Below are positions 36,301-48,670 of a stretch of 64,000 bases of DNA, in pieces. Numbering within the stretch: the first letter of the stretch is position 1; every line of letters starts with the position of its first letter. The translations under genes were made by a program, and so were the position numbers. Source of the DNA: Asterias rubens (Eukaryota); assembly GCF_902459465.1 (NCBI RefSeq), contig NC_047082.1, forward strand, positions 8,246,001 to 8,310,000. Direction: 5' to 3'. The notes beneath the pieces were generated by a model. It did no database searches and was not told where the DNA came from. It worked only from the letters and a program-made list of their open reading frames with translations.

Positions 36301-38741
36301 AAATATGAAGAAAGAACCGCATGGCAAAGTAATCGCTATTTTGGAACTTAAGTTTATTTGAAGTGAAACACTTGCACTGTCCTAAAAGATAAAACAAAGA
36401 GCTGTTTGTGACCGAATAATGTGTGTGAACCTCACATGACATGGAGGTGCTAATGAATCATTATCATTATGGAGGTGCCAATGAATCATAAGTTTATGTT
36501 TGGGCTAATGAATCATTATTATTTTACTCAATTCATCACAGCATGCAAAAGAAATAACTATTATATTGCCTTTGTGCCCGGGTGGCAGGAGATTCTTTCC
36601 CCCACAGATACCCCCCCGTCCCCACCCCACCCCACCCCACCCCCACATTACGGCTAGTTAGTCTTACTACTTTTACAAAATAAAGTCGCTGAAGTCGACC
36701 AGCAGAAATGTGTGTTTTTTCTTCCTGCAATACTTTCCCCTCAATTCGGATTGTTGAACTGCTAAGTGTTAAGAAAGCATCTAATCTGAATTGGTATTTT
36801 TTCTGTGTGTTTAGTAGAAGAACTATGCAGGTGACCAATGTTTCTCGAAGAGCAGGCCAGAATGAAAGGTACATAAAATAATCACACAGAGTTAGCACGT
36901 GTACTGACAGTACTGCATCAGCTGCAGTAAGAGTGAATTGCAACTGACGAAAATCATATTCCAATATTCAGTTTAGAAAAAACAATTGAGACAAGTGTTA
37001 TGATAATTATTTTAAAACCATCCTTTGAAATTATGTAAAGTGCAACATAATTGTACATGTATGGAAGGTTGTGTTAAATAAATAAAGATGTATAAAGATT
37101 TATGCACGAATTAGTGTTTTGCTGAGACAGCTACAGTACACGTGCTTCCCCGGTGGGTTTTTAATAGGGAGGATGAATAACGTCCTCAACAAGCTGACAG
37201 ACAAGGAGTTCCAGATGGCCACAATGAAGAGTGAACAAAAAGTGCAGTCTTGGGTTTTTTTCTGTGTCTGTAAATACCCTTTTTCGACATAATTCTTTTG
37301 GCTCTCATAATGCACTGACAAACATGTAACATTATTATTGGGCTCTTACCAGTGGAAACTTTGGAACGCTAGGTGGCAGCAGACTTACTAGGTAAATGTC
37401 AATTGTTTACGTAGTTCTGAGCATGCGCACGTTACTGAGAATAATGGAATAAACCTGGTAAGTCTGCTGCCACCTAGCGTTCCAAATTATTGTGCCCAAT
37501 TGAAATTACCCGTACTGATGCACTTCAGTCTCCTACCCTTTATCCCACCTCTTGAAAACCTTAATTGACGTCATCAACGCCGCCATTTTAGAGACAAACC
37601 AATATTGAAACAATGATCGGTTTTGTATGCGCAAGGCACATAATGGGGGCTTTTATGAACTCTATGTGGCAGGGTAAATCAATTGTCAATTGGTTTTGTG
37701 CGCGTGCTCAGAACAACGTTACCTGGTAAGACTGCTGTCACCAAGCGTTCCAAAGTCTCCCATTGCCCAATAAACAACCTCTTTTGACTTCTAGGCGCCG
37801 TGCCTTACTCATAAGCCTAAAATGCATGTCAAGTGTCTCTAGGATGTTCTCTACTCAACCCAACCTCTGTTTTCTGGCGTCGGGCCAGCATAAAATCTTA
37901 TTTTACCTATTGTTTCTAATACAGAACCGAACACGTCGAATCACGTCGAACATGTCGAATCACGAGGGTAGTCAACATAGGGTACGACCCGCGGGGGCCG
38001 TCCAACGACATTCACCTCGCTGAGATCCACCCCGACCCACCCTCCCGCATCCGAGGACTTATAAATCCTAATTGTACAAACAATCAGCAAGAATTTAGTT
38101 TCACTAGCAGTGACATGTACGGGTAAATATTACATTAATCCAAGGCTACTTAAAATTCATAAAGTTTTGTTTTGTACAAGGTTAAAGCCTGGTTCAAACT
38201 TCCTGCGACTGAATGCGAATGCGATATGAAACTTTGACGTCACGGGGCCGTTTTTGTTTTGCAGGAGTAGAGCACAGTCAACTGCTGCGAATTTTTCGTT
38301 GCGAATTTTTGACGTCAAAGTTCGTATCACATTCGCATTTGCAGGAAGTATGAACCGGGATTCAATCCGGCTTTTGATGAAACCAAAGCCTACAGATACG
38401 GATTTAAAAAGGCACTCGATAAACATAAATTTGGGTGTTTAAAACCCAAAGTTTAAGAGCTTATTATTTTATTAAAATTTACTCCCGAAATACGATTATT
38501 ATTTCAAGTTACGGATAATTATTAGCATAAGTTATTGTTGTTAGCATTACGGATTAATTACCCGTAGAGTACTTCAGGTTAAAAGGTCATGCATCATGCT
38601 GTCCAGTTACGTCTTTCCTTAACCACAAATTTAATACTTTTTGCCCTGTCGTACGTAACCACCAACTTTCCATCTGTTGATCTATCACTCAGGCCACCTC
38701 CAAATAGCCAAGTACCTGACGTCACACTTCGAGGCTCATAG
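33349..38741 (+). CDS. Single Sushi-like domain type I TM receptor, paralogue 2 (about 204 aa)
   Basis: Exons 33349-33415 (SP), 35338-35547 (6-Cys Sushi-like, C..GFRKNGAS....C...SGEW...GSCSI), 36047-36137 (TM, 91 nt as in paralogue 1), 37925-38122 and a tentative last exon at 38693-38741. The phases are the same as in paralogue 1. Confidence 0.7.
34018..34088. promoter_or_regulatory. Candidate inflammatory enhancer: NF-kB site, C/EBP palindrome, NF-kB site
   Basis: GGGATTTCCC (34018-34027), TTGCGCAA (34065-34072) and GGGAATTCCC (34079-34088) lie in intron 1 of receptor paralogue 2. Motif match only. Confidence 0.45.
34300..34698. mobile_element. TTAA-flanked MITE family 3
   Basis: ttaaagccattggacactttcg ... 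cgaaagtgtccaatggctttaa. A structurally similar element lies at about 47425-47803. Confidence 0.75.
34901..35284. mobile_element. TTAA-flanked MITE family 2
   Basis: TIR aaggaacacgttgccttggatcgg ... ccgatcc...acgtgttcctttaa. Other copies at about 20595-20880, 32068-32330 and 48836-49152. Confidence 0.8.
35611..35994. mobile_element. TTAA-flanked MITE family 1 (Kolobok/T2-like), full-length copy; the most abundant repeat in the window
   Basis: TIR ttaa|aggcagtggacactattggtaatt ... aattaccaatagtgtccattgcct|ttaa. Other copies or fragments lie at about 6533, 7266, 11631, 21232, 21790, 30627, 51983, 53951, 58591, 60380, 62022, 62151 and 62550. The superfamily call rests on the TTAA target and AGG termini. 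Confidence 0.85.
38182..38360. mobile_element. Short MITE (ggttcaaacttcctgcg ... gcaggaagtatgaaccgg)
   Basis: Inverted termini. A related copy lies at about 51395-51541. Confidence 0.65.
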
Positions 38742-41700
38742 TTAACGGCAGATACTAGCCTGACCCGATGGCCGGACCTTGCAGTATACCTTTGACCGAC
38801 TGACCTTTGATCTCGCACTCATTTCAACCGGAGATTCGCAGTCGGTTCTCATGTTATATAGGCTATACATAACTTGAATAATTAGCATACATAGCGAGTA
38901 TAACTCTACATGAGCATTGTGCACTTGTACGCTGCATGCAGACGGTCAAAAGTACAAACTTATACATCACCTCGGAACAATCATAACACTCATATGGAAA
39001 GCTTAATATACGTCACAGCACAACCATCCAATGAAATCATTGTATTTAAATGCAATAATTAGGCCTGTAAGAACCCGTGTATTGTCTAAAGGCCGAGTCA
39101 CACTGCAGCGATAACGAAACATAGTTGTGATTCTGTCATTATTTTGGTTTAGTTCTATCGTCGTGGCCGTCTTGTGGTAATTGTATTGTTTGTTTGTTTG
39201 GTTTTGTTTGAGGAGTTAGTTTGAGGTGTTTGTTTTTCTGGTTGGGTGTTTTGTTTTTGCGTTTCGTTTATCCGTCTCGTTTTGATGTTATTGTTGTTAC
39301 TATACGCTTTGTTTTATAATTTAAATGATCTTATTACCTTCCTTTGTTTTGTAAAAGGCATCCCAGCTTACAAGCTTTGCTTTAATAGGCCATGCCTCCA
39401 TACAGTTTTCAGTCTTGTAACATCCTATTGTTTGTATTTGTATATTGTGTTTGTATGGAAATAAATGTTGATTGATTGAAAACGACAACGATAACAGCGC
39501 AAACATTCTATTGGTTGTATTGCTCCACTCAGAATCCGCCCATGCGCTTAATCAACCAATCAAGGGCGTGCATTTTTAACGTTCTCTTTTTCGTTTTCGT
39601 TCTCGCTATCGAGGCTTGTGTGACCAGTTTAGAACCGTTGTTGACCCTCCAGACCTTACCTTCATCTCACGGACGCCACCAACTTTGAAATGGTGTGTGT
39701 GCAGTTCAACCATCATACTCGGGGGAATTTGAGAGACGGAAGCTTGATGCAGCCGTAAGCAACGTCTCAATGACAAATCCGTATTGTACTCCCAACAATA
39801 TTTAACATAAAACAGCAGTGGAAATACTATCTACTTGCCGACTTGAAACTAACCTTACAATTTGGCTTATGTAACTCGATGTCAAAAGAACTTCAACCTT
39901 TTAAAAAAAGTATATATATTTTCTGTAATAAATAAAAGAAACAACCAAAATAACATGTTTTGTGTGGGTCCCTCTTCTGGTCACTCAAATTCCCTCGGGG
40001 AATAGACGTACACTAGTATAAAACCTCATTGTCGGTCATTATGTGTATACTAATATTTTGTCTTTGCTCATTATTATTCCAGAAAGTTATAACTTTAAAG
40101 GCTGATATAATCATTGTGGCCAGCCTCATGTTGGTATTATTATTAAAATAAAAGTGTATTGAGTTCATTATTCAATAAAGTCATTGTTTTCAGATTATTA
40201 AAATTGATAAGTCAGTCTGCTCGTAAATAATGGTTTATTCATTAAAAACACAGTAATAGTTGGGAAAAACTTGGACTTTCTGGGGGGGGGGGGAGGGACC
40301 TCACAGGATTTTCCCGCCAGGAACCACCACAAGTTTTCCCAGGAACCCCCACAGGGTTTCCCCAGGGATCCCACAGGGTTTCAACATACACCCCAAAAGA
40401 TGGTCTCATCAGGAATACCGACAGGATTTCCACGGGATCGCACAGGCACACCTCATGATTCCATAAGGAACCCTTCAGGGTTTTCACAGGAACCCCACAA
40501 GAACACCATATGGGTTCCATAGGAGCCCCCCACAAGGTTTCCACAGGGACCCCCACAGATACCCCACAAGGACACCATATGGTTTCCACTTAGGTTGTGA
40601 TAGTACTCGCAAATCTCATTGATTCAGGCGTAGAGTACTCGTTTCATACCTCAACTACCCAAGGGATAGTAGAGAGTAGTGTGATGTTAGCTCTTTCAAA
40701 CAGTTGTGAGCAACATGCATTGGCACCATGAATTCAGTCATGCTGAATCAGGAGTCATTTAGCTACGCAGATCATTCCAATGACCCACTCTCAGGGTTAA
40801 ACTCAATACCCACGGTATGTATTTTTTGGAACTAAATATAATAGTTTTTCAATTGAACATCCTCGGCCGGCCTAAGCCATATGAGGTCACACACATTAAT
40901 TAAGTGTGAACTACTGCGCATGACAGGTTGTTGAATGAACAATTGATATTGAATAAATATCAAGTTTTATATGTATGCATAATAAATTAGATTACGACCG
41001 AGCTGCTTTGGCACAAAAAGTTGATTTAGCATTAAAATATCTCGCTGTTTTGCACATGTTACTGTCAAAAGTGTCAAGCCATTATTGAGTTTGACTGGTA
41101 TTTAGCTGCTGTTTCCTTAATCATAACAATTTTTGAGTGGTAATCTGATTTTACTAAAGCAAGATTTTTTTTAGCAATTCTTTTTGCTTAGCAGCTCTCT
41201 GAAACGAGGCCCAAGTCATAAGGTGTGCCCACACTTTGTTCACACTGTGGGCCAGGAGATAACAGTTTGTTCACAATTTGGATTGACAGACAATCCCACG
41301 TACTGTCATAAGGTGTGCCCACATTGTGGGCCAATAGAGGGAAATATGAAAATATAACAGTAGCACACTGTCGTAAGGTGTGTCCACACTGTGTTCCCAC
41401 TGTGGGCAAAAAGAGGATTATCATAGTGTGTCCACACTGTGGATTGACAAACAATCACACTGTCATAAGGTCCGCCACATTGTGCTCACATTTATGGGCC
41501 AGTAGAGGAAATAATGAACATTATGTGTGGATAATTAATCACAAGGTGTCATAAGGTGTGTCCACACTTGTCCACACTGTGTACATAGTTGGCATTCAAA
41601 TGGTTTCCCTCTTAAACCTTTGAGTCCATTTATAACGAGTTATTATATGTTAATATTTTAGTCAACTTGCATTTTCTTTATTTATGATGAAACGTAATAA

Positions 41701-44509
41701 TAAGCTGTTGTCAACCAAAATGACCCATCGCACAAACAACAACATTTGTCATTTTGTTTTTTGGGGTCGTGGGTTCGAATCCCATCCGAGTAATTTGCCT
41801 GTGATATATGACTCAGGAAAGTACTGAGTATGCAGTGCAAACACACATCGGTTTTGGGTAAAACAGCCCAACACCCGAACAAAGAAACACACACAATGTA
41901 CAGTGGGTGACTACCCGATCCCCGTCAACAGAAAAAGCATTCTCGAAAAGCTCTTTGGAGTTTTTTCTCTATAGTTAGGCAAATAAATTCCCGCCATCTG
42001 TTTTCGTCTGGTATACAACAAATATGCAGTCATCGGCCAATCGGGATTGAGAACTTTACTAAACAAGTGACCAGCTAAACATTCCTAAGACTGGGGTGTG
42101 AATGTGGAGTGAAAATCCTCGCTGTTATGCAAATGAGGATGATTGCGTTGTTTTCAAAGTACTTATAGTGGCGAATTCGCCCTCTGAATGGCCAGTCATT
42201 GTGTGTAGATCCTCCAACGCTGGACAGCAGTGATTAGAGGCATTATATAACTCTGTATTGTAACGGTAAAATATCGGTAATGACTTATCCATTCATCGAA
42301 ACAGACAAGTACAATACATATGAAGCCCGAAGTCGAGGCTCTACACGTGCAAGCCTTGCTGCTTGGTGCATGCAAGGCAGGGCATCGTTCACTTTGGACC
42401 AAGTCGCGCTGGAGCACAGCCGTATCTCTCGGCTCGTCGTGGGATCTTCGCCTTTTCTTGTGAACTTTAAATTGATTAACATTCTAACTGTGGCCAACCT
42501 TGTCACACACGATGTGCATTGGTCAACAATAAATTGTGCACTTTTGAGCCAATTATGACATTATTTATCTGAGGTTTTGACGAAAGTTAGGTCGGTCTAT
42601 ATACACGAGCCCGGTCGAATCGCCGCGAACCGGAGTGTGAACCTTCACGGGTGCCGCCCGTTAAGCGGTGAGCCGTGCAGACCCAGCAGCCAGCTCCAAT
42701 CCAGCCAGCTCCCATCCAGCCAGACTTCAATGAACATTGATATGACTTTTTGTGTGAGATGCTGACAATTCTTAAGAGGCTGGATGGGACCACAAGATGG
42801 GAGTGTGTTATCTATGGATATGTGGTTTGTGGACGAGGGAGTCTTCGCTGGAGTCATCGCCGGATTCAGGTAAGGAAAACTTGGCACCATCCGACCTCCA
42901 CTTTGTAACTGGCTGGAAAAAATACCACTTTGATAGTAATGTTTAATGGGGGGTTTGTACAAGTTTTACTATAGTGGGAAAACACATGAGTTGAATATTG
43001 AAAACTCTCTCTTATGAGTCGCGATAGTTTGGGTGAAAAACTCGTAAATGGTAGAATCATGGACTTTTTAAAGTTTGTTTTAATTATTTGTAAATTTCTC
43101 AAGCAAACAACAGTAGATAAAACCTGGTGGGGTGTGCAGATACACAATTGACTGTTCGAAAAAAGGGGTGCAATTATTTTGAAACACATGATGAATACAC
43201 AAGTTTAGTTGAATTCAGGCTACTCAAGAACCCGTGGTTAATAGGTTTTAAGTCAAATACAATAATCATTAAAACAAGTTAAAAAAAATATTGATTGTAA
43301 AATTATTGATAGAGGGCAATAGCGGAGGTCGGATAACGCAAGTTATCCAAAATCAAGATCAAGACAAGACGAAGACTCCGAAGTGTAAGAGAAGATCTAA
43401 CCCGTTCTCTTGCAGGGTCCCACCCCTCGTACCGCCCCTCCCCCAAGACATTCTGCGATCTTGTTGATGTTGTCCTTACTTGTACTTATGCAGCTTTCAA
43501 GGTGACGTCACACTTTCCTGGCATTTCTTGAGTTGCATATTGGTCGAAGCCAATGATGCTTTTAGTTAGTAGACTGGTCTTACTGGAAATTTCTGTCGGG
43601 GTCGATACTTCAAGTCGTCCGTTGTCATGTTTATTTATAATTGTAAATAATAATTAAAAATATTGTGATTAAATTGTCAAGAAAGATGAGTAATATTCTT
43701 CTGGGGATAAAACATAAATAGTATTAATAACTGAAGATGATAATAAACTTCTCACCCATTCCACTAACTGTGTTTTGTCATGTTTGTACCGTAGACACAA
43801 AACCCTCCCCATAAAATGTGTTTTCTAAAGTAATTATTTAGGGCTTAGTCAAATATTTCACTCCCGTCACCATTCATTTTGATGCCTAATGCTTGATTAA
43901 GGAGTAAATTAAATATATTATTTAGACCATCTAAATAAATATTTACATATTCCTTATGACATCATTACATCAACTTTGAATGTTGAATATTTTAAACGTA
44001 ATATTAAATCTTCGAGAAGTTCTTAACCGACATCTAGCTAGAAATTTGTAGCAAACTTATCTTTAAAAAAAAAATCAAACATCAACTGAAAGCTTTTAGG
44101 GGCATCACAAATAAATGACCTTAATCTCGTAGCCTATTTATTATTAACGCTGCGCGAAAACATAAATGCGCGAAAACATAAATGCGCGAAAAGATAACTC
44201 AAAGAAAAAGAGAAAAGAGGAGACAAGATAGAAGAAAAGAGGGCGAAAGTAGCAGCTAATCCACGGAGGAAGACATCACTGAAGCCTGGGTATGTATGGG
44301 TGGTAAGATAGTGTTGGCCTAGAAATAAGACTAACTCTCTACTTATTCAGCATAATCTAATGGCAAAAGGTTAAGTATAAGGGTTGACTGGCGTAGTGCT
44401 TAGTCTTGTTTCTAAAACGCCATTGAACCAAAACTAAGAACTACGCCATCAAAAGTAAACAAACGAGGTCGGCTGTTTAGAGCGAAGGTTAAGTAGAACG
44501 GGTAAAGTA

Positions 44510-46282
44510 TCTAACAACCGCTTCCTCCACAGGGATTCTAACAACCGCTTCCTCCACATAACAACCGCTTCCTCCAAATAACAACCGCTTCCTCCATATA
44601 ACAACCGCTTCCTCAACAGGGATTCTAACCACCGCTTCCTCCACAGGGATTCTAACCACCGCTTCCTCCACAGGGATTCTAACAACCGCTTCCTCCCCAG
44701 TGATTTTAATAACCGCTTCCTCCACATAACAACCGCTTCCTCCAAATAACAACCGCTTCTTCCACAGGGATTCTAACAACCGCTTCCTCCACAGTGATTC
44801 TAACCACCGTTTCCTCCACAGGGATTCTAACAACCGCTTCCTCCACAGGGATTCTTACAACCGCTTCCTCCCCAGTGATTTTAATAACCGCTTCCTCCAC
44901 ATAACAACCGCTTCCTCCAAATAACAACCGCTTCCTCCACAGTGATTCTAACCACCGCTTCCTCCACAGGGATTCTAACCACCGCTTCCTCCACAGGGAT
45001 TCTAACCACCGCTTCCTCCCCAGTGATTTTAACAACCGCTTCCTCCACAGGGATTTTAACAAGCGCTTCCTCCACATAACAACCGCTTCCTCCAAATAAC
45101 AACCGCTTTCTCCACAGGGATTCTAACCACCGCTTCCTCCATATAACAACCGCTTCCTCCACATAACAACCGCTTCCTCCACATAACAACCGCTTCCTCC
45201 ACATAACAACCGCTTCCTCCACAGGGATTCTAACCACCGCTTCCTCCATATAACAACCGCTTCCTCCACATAACAACCGTTTCCTCCACAGGGATTCTAA
45301 CAGCCGCTTCCTCCATTTGTATAACAACCGCTTCCTCCACAGGAATTCTAACAACCGCTTCCTCAACAGGGATTCTAACAACCGCTTCCTCAACAGGGAT
45401 TCTAACATCCGCTTCCTCCCCAGTGATTTTAACAACTGCTTCCTCCACATAACAACCGCTTCCTCCAAATAACAACCGCTTCCTCCACAGGGATTCTAAC
45501 CACCGCTTCCTCCACAGGGATTCTAACCACCGCTTCCTCCACAGGGATTCTAACAACCGCTTCCTCCACAGGGATTCTAACCACCGCTTCCTCCCCAGTG
45601 ATTTTAATAACCGCTTCCTCCACATAACAACCGCTTCCTCCAAATAACAACCGCTTCTTCCACAGGGATTCTAACAACCGCTTCCTCAACAGGGATTCTA
45701 ACATCCGCTTCCTCCCCAGTGATTTTAACAACTGCTTCCTCCACATAACAACCGCTTCCTCCAAATAACAACCGCTTCCTCCACAGGGATTCTAACCACC
45801 GCTTCCTCCACAGGGATTCTAACCACCGCTTCCTCCACAGGGATTCTAACAACCGCTTCCTCCACAGGGATTGTAACAACCGCTTCCTCCACAGGGATTA
45901 TAACAACCGCTTCCTCCACAGGGATTATAACAACCGCTTCCTCCACAGGGATTTTAACAACCGCTTCCTCCACATAACAACCGCTTCCTCCACATAACAA
46001 CCGCTTCCTCCACATAACAACCGCTTCCTCCACATAACAACCGCTTCCTCCACATAACAACCGCTTCCTCCACATAACAACCGCTTCCTCCACATAACAA
46101 CCGCTTCCTCCACATAACAACCGCTTCCTCCACATAACAACCGTTTCCTCCACAGGGATTCTAACCACCGCTTCCTCCACAGGGATTTTAACAACCGCTT
46201 CCTCCACATAACAACCGTTTCCTCCACAGGGATTCTAACCACCGCTTTCTCCACAGGAATTCTAATAACCGCTTCCTCCAGT
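44510..46282. repeat. Mixed 27-bp/20-bp minisatellite (core ccgcttcctcca), roughly 70 units
   Basis: Units ccgcttcctccacagggattctaacaa, ccgcttcctccccagtgattttaataa and ccgcttcctccacataacaa are interleaved. Confidence 0.92.
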
Positions 46283-48278
46283 AACCTTTTCTTCCCAGTT
46301 TTAACATTAACTATAACATTGCTCTCCGCAGCTTCTAACTTCTTTCCCCAACAGGCTAACCTTGCTTTTTATACGTGGGCCCAATTTCAGCCTGTAAGCA
46401 AAAACATTTGCTTAGCATGAAATTTTGTCCTTACTAAAAATAAGGATTACCAATTGGGCCCAGTCATTGCCAAAGTGGGTGTTGTGGCAAGCAATTGTGC
46501 ACAGGTACCAGTTCTAGGAAACCGCATGGGTAACGAGGGGGACTTTTATGGACGCTAGGTGGCAGCAGACTTACAAGGTTAATTCTTTGTACTTGGTAAC
46601 CACGAGAAGACAAAAAGTACAAATTAAGTTTGCTGCCACCTAGCGTGCCAAAGTCTTCCATTTCAGGTATTGAACCTGAATCTGGCTAAATATTGTGACT
46701 CCAAATTGCTAACCATTCCAGAATGTTTGTTCTTTCAAAACAGATTTTGCTTTCTTCTTGACGATGATGAAGTATCTTGTGCTGAAATCTCCACTGAACT
46801 GAGTTGATGTCTACCAGGAGGGACTGGGAATATGCAGAAGCTGTGGTGATGTATCAGTTTATTATCATTAAAGTAACAAGTGAAGAAACTACCCAGATGG
46901 AAGGACAAATATCTCAGACAAGTAGTTTGAAGGATCGTGAACAATTCTTAGCATCAGTTGATTAATAAAACCAGTTTCTTAATCTCAAAAACAAATCTCT
47001 TAAGACAATTTTAATTGGCGGTCAAATTACTGTCATTTGAGTTTTAAAACCGAGCTTGGACGACCAGCCAACCACCGTGGTGAAACAAGTTGAGAATCAT
47101 GATAACAATACCTTTAAGATTTGTAGTTATGTACATCCAAAATAGATTCTTCCTGAAAGAATTGGCGTGGGCTCTTCTTGCAATTTTTTTTTCATAAAGA
47201 TATGTGAATCCCTACTAAATTTCCCTCAGTTTTTAGCAGTACCTTGAAGTGGCTTTCTGGACCTGTTTGGATGAGCATCAATTGAAGGTGAAGGGAGTGG
47301 TGACTACAACTGGACCTGTCTGGATGAGATGAACATCATTGAAGGACACCCGCGCAAAGAGTCAACAACTGACAGCTAATAGTAAGTTTTGGCGAAGGAG
47401 TTCATGTCTGGTGAAGTGACAGTTTTAAAGGATTTGGGTACTTTCTGTAACACAAAACACAATATCCACAGATTTACATTAAACTTACACCGTTTGAAGA
47501 TAATGCTAGTAGAAAGCGTACCTTAAAATATTAGTTGCTGAGGTGCTGTAGTTTTTGAGAAATGAGTAAACAAACGTCATGAAAAAAAACGTTTTTCCAT
47601 GCCAAAATAATTTTCGTCTCATGATCACTGAAACGAAAATTATTTTCATGACATTGTTTTACTTATTTCTAAAAAACTTCACGCTTCAGCAAGTAATATT
47701 TTCAGGGAAGCGTTCTACTATTATTATCTTCAAACGGTGAACGTTTAGTGTAAATCTGTAGACATTGTGTTTTTTGTCCTACAAAAAGTACATAGACCCT
47801 TTAATTTCAGAATTAGCAGATTAGTAAGTCAAATTGAACACTTTGACTGGATACATCCAGTAGTTCTAATTTTGTGATAAACACACCATGAAAACCAACT
47901 GGTTGAAAACTTTATCAAAACAAGGGGCCAAATTATTCAGGAACAATGTTTTGGAAAAAAACACACAAAAACGCGGAAAGGAAACAACATTAATGTTCTA
48001 TCATGTTCAATGGGTTGAAGGACTGATTGGACCTGAATGGTAATTCCCTGCTCAGGATAGCAATTTCATTTTTACCATTCCTTGAAGCAACTGTTCTTGA
48101 GGAAGCATCATTTTCAAATTGATCTTTAAAACTCTTTTTTTTTTTACCACAGATTTAAGAGATGACCTACGTTGAGATGACGTAATCCCAATCGTGAGAC
48201 TACCTACTCGATGCTTGTTGCCATCATCCGACGAGGGAATGTATCAAGTCTACCCTGATGACGCTCGTCTACAAGCTC

Positions 48279-48670
48279 AACTAACACTTTTGGACACTCA
48301 CCAGCTGAAGAGAGACTATGTGTCAAGTCTAACCAGACGATTGCTACAAACACTTTTGGACTGCCACCAGCTGCATGAAGAGAGACTACTGCATCAAGTT
48401 TAGCCAGATCAGATGACTATTTGCTACTATGTTCAGTGAGGTAATAGTGCAACTAACACTTTTGGACACTCACCAGCTGAAGAGAGACTATGTGTCAAGT
48501 CTAACCAGACGATTGCTACAAACACTTTGGACTGCCACCAGCTGCATGAAGAGAGACTACTGCATCAAGTTTAGCCAGATCAGATGACTATTTGCTACTA
48601 TGTTCAGTGAGGTAACAGTGCAACTAACACTTTTGGACTGTCACCGGCTAAAGAGAGACTATGTCAAGTC
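48279..48670. repeat. About 172-bp tandem duplication (about 2.3 copies)
   Basis: aactaacacttttggacactcaccagctgaagagagac... starts at 48279, 48451 and 48622. Confidence 0.85.

Noticed and set aside
38254-38442. ORF with a good acceptor as the last exon of receptor paralogue 2
   Set aside because: It lies inside a MITE with inverted termini; 38693-38741 was preferred.
39660-39780. Minus-strand segment ending in a strong donor (MMVELHTHHFKVGGVREMK)
   Set aside because: No partner exon or homology was found, so it cannot be supported as coding.
41765-41800. tRNA-like B box GGTTCGAATCCC (also about 18560)
   Set aside because: No complete cloverleaf is present; these are SINE heads rather than tRNA genes.
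44449-46254. Overlapping minus-strand ORFs (EEAVVRIPV, WRKRLLESL) and a mucin-like TASSTGILT plus-strand frame
   Set aside because: These are products of the minisatellite. The 20-bp units shift the frame and introduce TAA.
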